NCBI GenBank assembly: GCA_050575255.1
Contig: JBNZDD010013720.1
Location: forward strand, 3,871,453 to 3,935,452
Length of the DNA stretch: 64,000 bases
Direction: 5' to 3'
Origin: Harriotta raleighana
Taxonomy: Eukaryota
The number at the start of each line of letters is the position of its first letter. Positions within the stretch are counted from its first letter, which is position 1. The translations under genes were made by a program, and so were the position numbers. Shown here one piece after another: positions 53,126-64,000 of the stretch. The notes under the pieces are model-generated. The model did no database searches, was not told the origin of the DNA, and worked only from the letters and a program-made list of their open reading frames with translations.

Positions 53126-54269
53126 TAGTTTGATTTGATTTGGAAACTGAGTTTTCCTTAATAGCAATACAGTGGCTTGTTGGAAGAAGCATGCTCCCTG
53201 AACATCATCAAACTCACTTTAGAGAGTGAAAAATATCAGCAAAATACAGATTTGCTAAAACAAAACCATTGTACATTTATTGGTGAGACTCAATAAGAAA
53301 TTAGAACAAACTTCGTGTTGAACAAGGCAATATTTGTGGGCAATTAAAGAAAAAACATTCATTTTGGCTGCCATGTATCACCCACAAAACATACAGTCAA
53401 TTCACTTTATAGTATATTCTGTAAAGCGTTTTGAAACTTACCAGGAGGGTTTAGTGGTCATTATCCAGTGGTTATCAAAGGATAATAAATAATAATCCTT
53501 GCATTTGATATAGCTATTTTCACATCTTCTAGACGTCCCAAAGTGCTTCACAGAATATGCTGTAAAGTGAATTGACTATATTTGTAGGCAAAATTTGTGG
53601 GGATGCTCAAAAACGAGCAAACTTTACCTCTATATTATTTATTCTTTTTAGTCTGCTGTCTCAAACAAAGTCAAACATGATTGCAGCATACTGAATTTCA
53701 CCGTTACAATGCGCATTATAATACACCTTTTTTAGTGCATAAAATGGTTGAAAATAGCTATGTATTAATGTGGTAAAACTATTTCCCCACAAAGGAATCC
53801 TTTATTTAGTAACACTTGAAATCTTTTTTGGTCATTTCACCAATATGTTCAAACAGTTTTACGTTAGCCTGCTCACGGCGCCTTGACTGTTCCTGGTAAG
53901 TTAAGTACTTTTCTTCTCTCACCATCAGATTTTAACTCAAATTGATTCAGACAATTGATGTTGCTGGAGTATTTTGTTCCTCTCACTCAATGTGCAAAAT
54001 GAGCATAAATAAATCTGTGGTTTCAAAAATGTCGATTGCATGAATTCCGTTTAGTTTTCAATTTAACAAAATAGGTCAAAACTAGTTACATTGAATCGAT
54101 CCCATTCTTTCTTATTTAAAATTGTTTTAGAATGAAATGTGTGCTAGACTCGCCTGTTGGTTTCATGTACAAATGCATCAAGTGTTGATGCACTGGGATT
54201 GCTGAACACAGTCAGGTTGTCACAGGAGCACCAGCATTGTTTTTACTGTTTTTCCTCTTCGACCGCACC

Positions 54270-54414
54270 TTCAGTTCCCCCCCACCCTAACTCTTCCCAC
54301 TCTCCTTCCCCTTACCCCCAATGCTCCGGTCCCGACCTGACTGTTCAGCGCTTTGGGACGTCCTCCCGACGTGAAAGGCACTATACAAGTGTAATTTTGT
54401 TGTTGTTGTTGTTG
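54270..54414 (+). mobile_element. L2 3' UTR and tail
   Basis: gctttgggacgtcctcccgacgtgaaaggcactatacaagtgtaattt(tgt)n. Confidence 0.88.
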
Positions 54415-54649
54415 TACTGTCTTTGGCATAATGAGGGGAAAGATCAGCCAGGGTTCTTTCTTCTCAGTACTAATTATTGTCAGTGATCCCTGCTAGAAAG
54501 TGCACTTGTATGGATATCAGAGAGGGATAGAACTGTAACAAAACACAAAATACTGCAGATGCTGGGAATCTGAAAAAAACACATTTTGATAATGAGATTT
54601 CCTATAACAAATAGGAAATAAAAAGATTGATATTTCAGCAAATGGTGTA

Positions 54650-55170
54650 TAGAAATCACAGCGCAGAAGGAAACCATTTCACCCATTGAGCCCCTTTGTA
54701 GTGATATAATAGCTAATATGCAATTTTCCCATACATTTATCATCTCCAAATGTTTACCCAATTCCCTTTCAAATGTTAAGAAGTATCTTTTTCATAATTG
54801 TGATCAAGACTCTTCACTTCAATGACTGTTTGCCCACAAATGCAAATACATAGTCCCATTCAGTGTAAACTCTTTGAGATGTTTTAACAATGTGTTAAAT
54901 CAAATGTAAAAAATATTACAGTATTTCTACTAACCAGTAAGAATAATCATTCACAATCAATCTTCTCAGTCTTTTAGACTTTTGAAGAATTCTATTGGGA
55001 AGGGTTTCCACATGGGTCTTTCATCCAGATGGCTAAATAAAAGAGAATTCTATTACTTCTTCTCATAATCTCTCTGTTCCAGTAAAAACATCCCGAACTT
55101 CTTGAGCGTAACATCATAACTGAAACCTTTCATCCATCGCACTAACCTTGTGAACCTGCATAGTACACTC
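54650..55170 (-). mobile_element. Highly degraded CR1 3' region
   Basis: gcagaaggaaaccatttcacccattgag and cttgtgaacctgcatagtacactc resemble the CR1 reverse strand. Confidence 0.5.
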
Positions 55171-55794
55171 AGAATGACATATGGTACACCTTTATAATGA
55201 TTATAATATGACGAAGCCCATAGTCAGGACAATGGGTTTGGGAATTCTTAGTGACCTTCAAGATCCCTGATTCTTAATTTGGGTAGTTAGATCATACACA
55301 ACACATTTCAATTGTATTACAAGCTCCAAAGATTGTTCAGAAGTCAAATGGTTAAAGAAAAGTTATGCAATCTCTATTACATTTGTGCTCATTTCTCTTT
55401 AATTCAACACTTCTATTTAATTGTTACAAAAAAAAGTTAATGACATTCTATTTTAACAGCATTAACTGCTTTGATCAAAGGAAATGGTCGGACCAAATGA
55501 GTGATAATCCTTTGCGTAAGATTCATAGCATTAGTATTTGATCTTGGAATGTTCTAAATCAAAATGACTGCAGATTTTATAGATTAAAGCACTAATACAT
55601 TTCTCTAAACTGAAGCTAATCTAATGACAATCAGAAAGGTTTTATATAAATTTGAAAATCTAATCTAGAACGTGAAAATAGGATAGAAAAAATTGAATCA
55701 AGCCATTTAATTGAATTATTACTGTATAAATCCTGAATGTCAAAATGCCATACATTTCAACTTTTATAAAATCTGTATCCAGTGCAGGTTTCAA

Positions 55795-56286
55795 GTTACA
55801 GCGAGTGAGTGGGTGATTGAGGGGTGGAGCCGAGGCCTTCCCTGGAAGGTATATAGGCCGAGGTGAGTTACTGCGTCGAGTGACCGAGTGAGCAGGTGAT
55901 CAAGGGGCCGGGGGTAAAACGGGCAAAAACTAAAAAAGTGACGTCGACTCAGTGTCACACTCACAAAAAAACTAACCCGCGCAACTCCCCCCATCATTAA
56001 CAGAGCATCACCTCCACACAATAGATCATCAGCACACCAGCATTAACACCTCATCAGCGCATTAAAATTAGATCACTAGCAGCTCTATAGATTGACCATT
56101 ACCCATCCCACCGCCCCCTCCCTCAGGATAGGTGACAATGGCAGGGCTGACATGGCTAGTCACCCCCTAGCCATGGCCACACATCCTCTGGGATGATGCC
56201 GCCCCACTGATCCCTCGCTCTCAGCTCCCTGCATGCGCGTTTTGGCTGCCGCCCCAACCCGAGCCGAGCCTCCCCCATCACCCTGA
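55795..56286 (+). promoter_or_regulatory. CpG-enriched putative retroelement 5' leader/promoter
   Basis: GC-box-like ggggtggag, TATATA 55850-55855, CRE-like TGACGTCG 55939-55946; directly upstream of the L2 ORF. Confidence 0.4.
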
Positions 56287-57745
56287 ATGTCTCTCTCGCC
56301 ATCCTCCTCTATGTCTTTCCCAACATCCCCTTCTATCCGCTACTCTAAATCTGTCCTACTTTCCGTCCGCCGCTCCCTCCCCACTACTCTCCCTCCTGGC
56401 CCCCATCATCGCTTCCCTCTGCTCCAGTCTGGGCATCCTCCGCCAGGCTCATCATGGCACCAGGCGCTGGGTGTCCCGGAGCAGCCACCCCAACTGTCCC
56501 ATTATCCACCCTCTCCGCCCAAACCGCCTCCTCAAAGCAAAAACCATTTCCCCCTCTGCCATACTTACCTTCTCCACTTCCCCTCCCTCCTCTCTCCCCA
56601 TACCCACCTCTCCTACACACCCTCAGATCCTCTCCTCACTACTCTCTCCTCCCTCTCCCCCCTCATCCGCACTGCTCTCCAGAAAGTCCGCTCCCTTTCC
56701 AACAAAGCTCTGATCTCATCCTGGATGAGAACATTGATATTCTTGGGTTTACGGAAACCTGGCTCTCCCCAAATGACCCCGAGCCTCTAGTCGAGGCCTC
56801 CCCTCCAGGCTACACCTTCCACCACACCCCCCACCCCAACCAACGTGGCAGCGGGGTGACCATCATCTCAAATGCCTCCCTTGATCTCTCCCCTTACTCC
56901 TCTGGCTGTTTCCCCTCCTTCGAGCACCTCACACTCTACCATCCTTCCCTTTCCTTAAAAATCCTTCTACTTTATCATCCTCCCAAACCCCTGGCTCTTT
57001 CATCTCCGATATCTCCACTCTCCTCTCCTCCCTGTCCCTCAACTCTGAATGCCTGCTCACCATGGGCGACTTCAACCTCCACTAAACTCCCCCTGCACCA
57101 CCTCTTCCGATTTCACTGCCCTCCTCTCTTCCCTAAACCACACCCTCCACATTGACTCTCCGACCCACAACCGTGGCCATGCCCTCGACCTCATTATCAC
57201 CCATGGCCTTGACATTTCTGACCTCAGCATCTCGGACAAGGCCGTCTCCTTCTCCTCTTCCATCCCTCTCCCCTCCAACAAGCCCTCAACCATACTTTTC
57301 CACCCATGGAAAAGTCTCCCCCCTGAGACCCTCACAGAGGCCTTCACAATCTCTGACCTCCTACCCCTCTGGTCTTCCACCCACGGCGATCCTGAAGCAG
57401 CTGTCCAGCTGCTCCATGATCACCTCTCCTCCACCTTCAACTCTCTCGTCCCCCTGAAATCCAGGTCTATTTCCAATCTCACCCACTCCCCCTGGTACAA
57501 CACTCATCTCCGCACCCTCAAATGTCAAACTCGGCTCCTCGAGCGCAGGTGGCAGAAAACCGGCCTCACGGTTCACCACCAACTGTGGCTCGAGCATCTC
57601 CACAGCTACCGCTGTTCCTTACGTCAAGCAAAAACGGCTTACTATTCCAACATCATCCTGGAGGCAAACAACAACCCTAAAGTCCTCTTTTCCACCACCC
57701 ACCACCTCCTCCGCTCACCCCCTCAGGCCTCCTCAATCTTCACTT
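56287..57745 (+). pseudogene. L2-clade ORF N-terminal half (AP endonuclease plus linker), frameshifted, 3'-truncated
   Basis: VRSLSNKA, DILGFTETWL, PPGYTF..RGSGV, ggcgacttcaac (GDFN), PTHNRGHALDLIIT, SPWYN, RQAKTAYYS. Confidence 0.92.
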
Positions 57746-58036
57746 CAAATCAGAATCAGAAGATCACAAGAGAGGATGTATAAACAACTACAAATAAAGA
57801 AGGTTTTCCACTTATTTTATCTCATCCTTTCAGAATATCTATGCTCCCACCTTCCCAGCAAAGCATCAAACTGTTTCGTAAATGAATCCAGCATCCTGGC
57901 ATTTACCACCATTCCTGGTAACTCATTCTAGCTCGTAAATTTTCAAACAATTTTTAGTTTGTCTCAAGATATGAATAATACTGGAAATTTGCTAGCCAAC
58001 ATTTACTGCCCATCCCTAGTTGTCCTGAGAACAAGT

Positions 58037-58338
58037 GGAGTCCTGTAGCTCAGTGGTTAGAGCACTCGCCTTACAAGTTTGAGACCTGTGTTCAAATCCA
58101 GTCAGAGCGAAACCTTGGGCGTATTTCCTTACTCCACATGCCTAATAATAATCCCTCAACAAAAAAATAAAATCGGTAATTTTAATCCACAACTGTTTGT
58201 GGGACACTGCTGTGCGCAATTGGCTGCCATGTTTCACCCACAAATATATAGTATATATACTTTACAGTATATTCTGTGAAGCGCTTTGAGACATCTAGAA
58301 GACTTGAAGTGCTTATATCAAATGCAAGAATTATTATT
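58037..58338 (+). mobile_element. Full-length tRNA-derived SINE
   Basis: ggagtcctgtagctcagtggttagagcactcgccttacaag head; core; tail. Confidence 0.92.
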
Positions 58339-61300
58339 AAGAAGGTGGTGAGCTTTCTCTGTAAACTGCTGCAATCCATATGGGGATGGTCAAATTGCCC
58401 AATAGGAAATTTTTTGCATTTGAACCCTGTGACAATGAAGAAACAGGAATATTTGTCCATATAAAGTTAGTGGAGAGTGATTTAAAGGAGAATTTGGAGA
58501 TGGAGGTGGTCCCATGATTACATAACTCCTGTTCTTCTGATGGAAGATGCAGAGCTAATAAAAGCTGGGCAAACAAATACAACATTTTAGTCGTATTTTG
58601 GTGAATATTTCATATCCTATCTTTCTGATCTCTAATTGTACATCCTTACACTTACACAAACATTGATAATTCCAGGTAGTCCTACTGTTGGATTAGCAGT
58701 TTTATATTATTCATTTCTTATTTGTTCTTCAAACTAAACTGTTGGTGCATCATTTATTATTGAGGTTTCACATTTGAGCTGTTTTCTGATGAAAATCTCT
58801 AGAGGATTCAGAATTAACATAAATAGATCCAACGGCAAATAATCCGGCCCTAAGTAAAAAATAGGTTGAAATCTATTGGAAACTCCTGCTTCAACTGAAC
58901 TAATTTAACTCTTCTTTGCAATTCAAATAATAATAATAATCGTCTCATTTGATGTTGCGCCATATCACGTCCGAGGTGTCCCATAGTGTGTTACAGAATA
59001 TACTATAAAGTGAATTGACTGTTTATTTTGTGAGAGATGATATTTGCTTAGTTTTTGTCTTTGGTTGATTATGTTCAAAATATTTATATGATTTCCATCC
59101 AGATTATTGTGTTGTTTCCCTGCATTCCGTTATCTATTCCGTTTTGAATTATTTAATCTGAGATATTTCGGGTTATCTCATGTGACTAACATTTGTTTGG
59201 ACAGAAGCTCTCATTTTTAAGCACAGCAAATTCTCTTTGCAATAGCATTATTATACATTTTAATGTTTAACGTGCAGTTCACTAGCAATTTAAGTTCCAG
59301 GTGCCTTGACAGACATTCAAGTGAGATTATCATATCTGTCCATAAACTGTCAATGTAATGTGGTTGGTCTAAAGGAGATAAAAGGCTATGAAGCAAAGTG
59401 CAGTTGAAGTGGCTTGAACTTCACATGTCTGAAATCAGAGGAACACTTCATTTATTTTAAGCCACAATTGTTTTTCATTCCATGCAGCAGCATTTTGTTA
59501 AGGGATAGCATTGCTATACCAATGATTTCTACTGCAAACACAACCTTGACTGAATATTTCTTTCATGGTATCAGTGCATGAGATCCACTCACATTAAAAA
59601 TGTCTTCATGTCACAGACTAGCTTTCATATGTTGCTCAAAAGATAGTCTGCAATTTTACACCCTGCCTTGTTTATTTTCAGCTTCCATCAATCATTCTCT
59701 GGCTAACAGCCTATGTTCTACTACAACCTACTTATCCCACATATGTGGAGCACACACAATGGTGTACAACATTGACTAGTAATCCGTCACTGCATTCTTA
59801 TTATGCATTTTTTGCCCTAGATTTATTTTATCCAGAGCAACATGCCTCCCAATAGACTAATGTGCTTTTTTCTTGGGAGGTGAACCAAATCTCTGCATTG
59901 AGGTGCAAATTGATCTGAAAGATCTAGAGTTTATATTTTCAAAAAGCTAAATGTAGACTAAATGAGCATTTAAGAGTTGTATTGGGTAGATGATATATCA
60001 ACACCATTACTAGCCATGCTCCCCAGTTGACATCTTGAGGTTAGATACATTGTGCACCGAGAATTACACAATTCGCTTAACCAGCTAAGATAAACACTTT
60101 TTAATTTTAAAAATATCTATAAACTATCTGTAAAAAAATTTCACCCACAAAATACATAGGCCTGCATTTAGCAGTATATCATGTGAAACACTTTGAGACA
60201 TATCAATGATGTGAGAAGGTTCTATATGAAATGCAAGGTTTATTATTACTATCTGGCTGAAAATTCCTCAGATAAAATTGCTCATTCACTTTTTTGTTTT
60301 TTGTGGGACATTCCTGTGCACAAATTGACTGTCGCATCACCTATACGTACACAGTTACTACACTTCAGAATAACAACAACAACTTGCATTAATGTAGCCT
60401 CGTCACCTGAGCGCATCCCAGAGCGCTTCATAGTGGTAGAGTCTGAAAACAAGGGATTTGAATGTGGGGAGGGAGGTGGAAAGGTGGAGGGATTGAAAGA
60501 GTGAGTTTCAGAGTTTCGTGGAGTAGTGGCTGTGTACCAAGGGAACCCACATGTGGGTTGTTCTGCTGCCTTCAGGATCACAACACAAAATGTCGTGATC
60601 CTGGCTCTATAATTGTTAGATACTGAGCAGTGGCGGGGGTGGGGAGGAGTGCAGGTGGAATAAGGATTGATGACATGAGCATAAAAACTGAACTTTACTG
60701 ATATTGATTCCACCACAGATGTGGAATTGTCTTTCGAACAGATTCTTTGGGAACATGCTTTTCACTGATCGATTTCTTTCATTCCAACCTGTTGTTGAAC
60801 AAAATGTAATTGGGTCATTATAGTTTAAATTGCTTATCTAATGTTGTGTATTGTTTATTACTTGTGCTCCAGATGTGCAAGAACCACACAGAAAGCAAAG
60901 CAAAATCTGCATGTTATTTGAGTTAAAAAAAACCACAAGAGCTCTCTAAAACAATGTTGCAAGGCAAAAAAATCCATTATTTATTCTTCAGCATCAGATT
61001 AAATTGAAGCACTGTTTGACATTTGATTTTTCTACGTATGTGTAAACATTATTAGTAAAGATGATTGAATGGTCAGCCTGAATTAAAAGTAAACAAGAAA
61101 AAACACGAGCTGGAAGCGGTCACCTACAGCTAATTTTCAAATGTTCCTTAAATTATTTAAGAAATGCTCTAATACCACAAGTTTTACCTATTCTTTCCAA
61201 TACTAGTTTGATCTAAACTGTAGGAGGTGACCAATCGAAAAGGAAGTTTTTCAGGTGGGACTTGAAGAAAGAGAAAGGAGAGAGATGGGCAAGGCAGAGG

Positions 61301-61463
61301 GATTGAGGGAGTGTTCCAGGTTGTAGTTGCTGATAGCAGAACCTCCAATTTTGGAGCAGAGGGTCCTTTTTTACATTAGACATTATTACTGAACAGTATG
61401 AGAAATAAGTGGAAATGCTGGAAATGCACAGTAAACAAAAGACTTGCAATAATGATACATCTG

Positions 61464-61575
61464 CAGGTAGACCCCGCTTAGCATCGTAGTTTGGTTCTTG
61501 AAAAGTGAGACAGTGTATCAGCAGTGTTCTAACGAAAAAACATTAAGCAAGTTGACGTTAAGCGGGGTCTACCTG
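61464..61575. mobile_element. 112-bp Tigger-like MITE
   Basis: Perfect 17-bp TIRs CAGGTAGACCCCGCTTA / TAAGCGGGGTCTACCTG; TG left and TA right. Confidence 0.88.
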
Positions 61576-61801
61576 TACTGTGAATTTTCAGCATTCTCTG
61601 TTTTTATTTATAGTTTTCAATATTTACACTCTTCTTTTTATCTGCACCAAACAAAAAATTGCTTAAAATGAAAGCAAGATCATTGCGTGTGTTCCGGTGT
61701 GAGCTAGTTCACTGGAACGATCTGCTTTTATCCCATTCCACCAATCTTTATAATACAGTATAAAGGTAATATTCTGTTATAATTAAAAGATAATATTCTG
61801 T

Positions 61802-61897
61802 AACAAAAACAGAAATCGCTGGGACCACTCAGCAGGTCAGGCAGCATCCATGGAGAAAGCAAAAGTGAGTCAACGTTTCGGGTCCATGACCCTTCAC
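61802..61897 (-). mobile_element. Penelope-like terminal fragment with partial hammerhead core
   Basis: Minus strand tgaagggtcatggacccgaaacgttgac...gatgctgcctgacctgctgag; flanked by attctgt repeats (61795-61801, 61898-61904). Confidence 0.72.
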
Positions 61898-62577
61898 ATT
61901 CTGTTAAAGGCTAAAGTGAGGTGGAATTTCAGGCCTGTATAATATATTTAAGTTCCATTCTCCCAATTCAGGTTTGAGCAGTGGATCACAGTTTTAGATA
62001 CTCTACAAATTTTAGAATTTGTAGATTCTCAATTGTATCTCACACTCTAAACCTCAACAGTAGCATATCAGAAAGACAAGTTTTGTTAGGGATTATGTAC
62101 GAATTAACAGTGCTTTAAACCATCTCACAGCATTTAAAATAAATCAGTATGTAAACTGAGGAGTTTGTTTAGCGCCACTCATGGGAATTTAAACTGCAGC
62201 TAATCCTACTTTCAGTATCCACTGAAGCACACAATGTTCTTTCAGAAATCTTGTCCTCGAAGAATTTATCTCATATTCATGAATATGTACATAGATTGCT
62301 ATCTAGATTATGTGCATAGTACTGTATTTTGTCTCACACCTTATTAAGATAAGGCATAATTTAACACCTGTGTTAAAACTGTCACAACAAGAAAGCTGAC
62401 CACAAATGCAATGCTCTGCTGCACGCTTTACTCTGACCTCCAAAGCCAATTTTTAGGAAAAATAAATGGGAATAATGGCACTATCACATTGAAGTACAGT
62501 GATGTCCACCCTATCGTGTGGAGTTCTAGCCACTACAATATAAACAAAGCTAGGTAGTACAGAGAAGTGCAAAGGGA

Positions 62578-63407
62578 ATGATATTTGGTGTAAGAGTTAC
62601 GAGATATGTATGCTATCTCAGAGGGTCTTTAACAACAACAACAAAATTACACTTGTATAGCACCTTTCACGTGAGGAGAACGTCCCAAGGCGCTGGCTAG
62701 TTTAAGACCCGAGCTGGGATCAGGGACGGGTGGGGGTGGAGGGAAAAGGGTTATTTGACATGACTGATGGGACCGTTAAAGATGAGAGTCTTGAGGCAGG
62801 ACTTGAAGGAAGCTAGGGAGGGGGCGAGGCAGAAGGACTTCAGGATGGAATTCCAGAGGTATGGGGCAGAGTGGCTGAAGGTTCGCCCTCCACTGATGGG
62901 ACGGATGGGTCAGGGGCACATGGAGCAGGCCAGAGCCTGCTGAGCAGAGCGGGCAGACAAGTTGGTAGGGGCTTAGGAAGTCGCAGAGGTAGAGTGGGCG
63001 AGGCCAGGAGGGCATTGAATGTGCAGACCAGGATCATGAATTGAATTCTCTGGCCAATGGAGTTGGGCAAGAATGGGGGAGATGGGGTCATGGAGCTTGG
63101 AGCAGTAGAGGATATGGGCTGTAGAGTTCTGGATTATCTGCAGCCCATGGAGCGAGGAATCGGAAAGGCCGACAAGCATCACGTTGCCGTAGTCAAGCCT
63201 GAATTTGATGAGGGTTTCAGTCGCTACACTTGACAGTATATTCTGTGAATCATTTTGAGACATTTCAAAGACATGATAAGGCGCTATATCAAATGCAAGC
63301 ATTATTATTTCTCATTATTATTTATCATTATTATGATATTTGGTGTAAGAGTTACGAGATATGTATGCTATCTCAGAGGGTCAATTCTCAGTCAAGTGTA
63401 GCGACTG
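62578..63407. repeat. Perfect 50-bp direct repeat plus 17-bp inverted repeat marking a local rearrangement
   Basis: 62578-62627 = 63333-63382; 63218-63234 is the reverse complement of 63391-63407. Confidence 0.9.
62631..63220 (-). mobile_element. L2 3' fragment
   Basis: ETLIKFRLDYGNVMLVGLSDSSLHGLQIIQN...PILAQLHW; (caa)n tail; related to 265-1000. Confidence 0.92.
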
Positions 63408-64000
63408 TATATTTTGTGGGCAAAATTGATCTCTGTATAAAACATTACTTCTTGACACCATTTTCTCTGCAACTTTCCATTTAGTACCAACTTCACAATT
63501 CACTGCAGCACTCCTGATCTAATCCTGACTGCAAAGACACTCAAACAAATTTACTCATTGCCACATTGCCACATCCCACTAAGATTTACACATATACTGT
63601 ATTACATTCAGCCATGCCAATTTGAAATGTAACTGTTTAAAATAAAAACTCATTTGAATCCATCATGATTACAAAAAAGTAGACGGAGTTTAAATCTCAA
63701 GTCTCAAGTCTAATTTAACAAAAATATTAATATTGATCTTAATGGCTGATGTTGAAGAATTTGGAGAATTACCCAGCATATAATAAATAAATAAAAGATA
63801 TTTTAATGAAAATAGATTGATAGAAGCCCAGCATTGATATGCGAGGAATAACCTTTTTGGCCACTTACTGAGATACAGAATGAGATAAACAGTTGGACTG
63901 TGAATAACTGCTATGTCAGATGGTTTATTATGAAAACCTTCAAGTTGATTTGCAGAATTAGCAGTCATATGTTTAGAATGGATTATTGGTCATAATACTT

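Noticed and set aside
776-63484. Numerous 60-150 aa ORFs in the supplied track
   Set aside because: Mostly antisense or off-frame readings of L2/CR1/SINE/MITE sequence or random ORFs; recurring peptides such as YIKCKDYY come from the SINE tail

Overview
AT-rich, CpG-poor vertebrate non-coding DNA (intron or intergenic). The repeat content points to a cartilaginous fish, plausibly a chimaera such as Callorhinchus; this is inferred from the repeat families, not confirmed. I found no credible host-gene exon, RNA gene, CRISPR array or intact ORF. Every ORF I can recognise is a decayed retrotransposon fragment: L2-clade endonuclease and RT, or CR1-clade RT. The window is dominated by (i) tRNA-headed SINEs with a Deu-like core and an L2-derived tail, in at least three structural variants, (ii) L2 and CR1 LINE fragments plus many solo 3' tails, (iii) several families of TA-flanked Tigger/pogo-like MITEs, and (iv) Penelope-like remnants carrying half of a hammerhead-ribozyme core. 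Three short duplications beside N bases look like assembly artefacts. I see no convincing new biological system. The best leads are a multi-step template-switch rearrangement (62578-63430), the Penelope/hammerhead remnants, a rare L2 5' end with a promoter-like leader, two unexplained near-perfect inverted repeats, and a few unclassified segments. Boundaries of degraded repeats are approximate.
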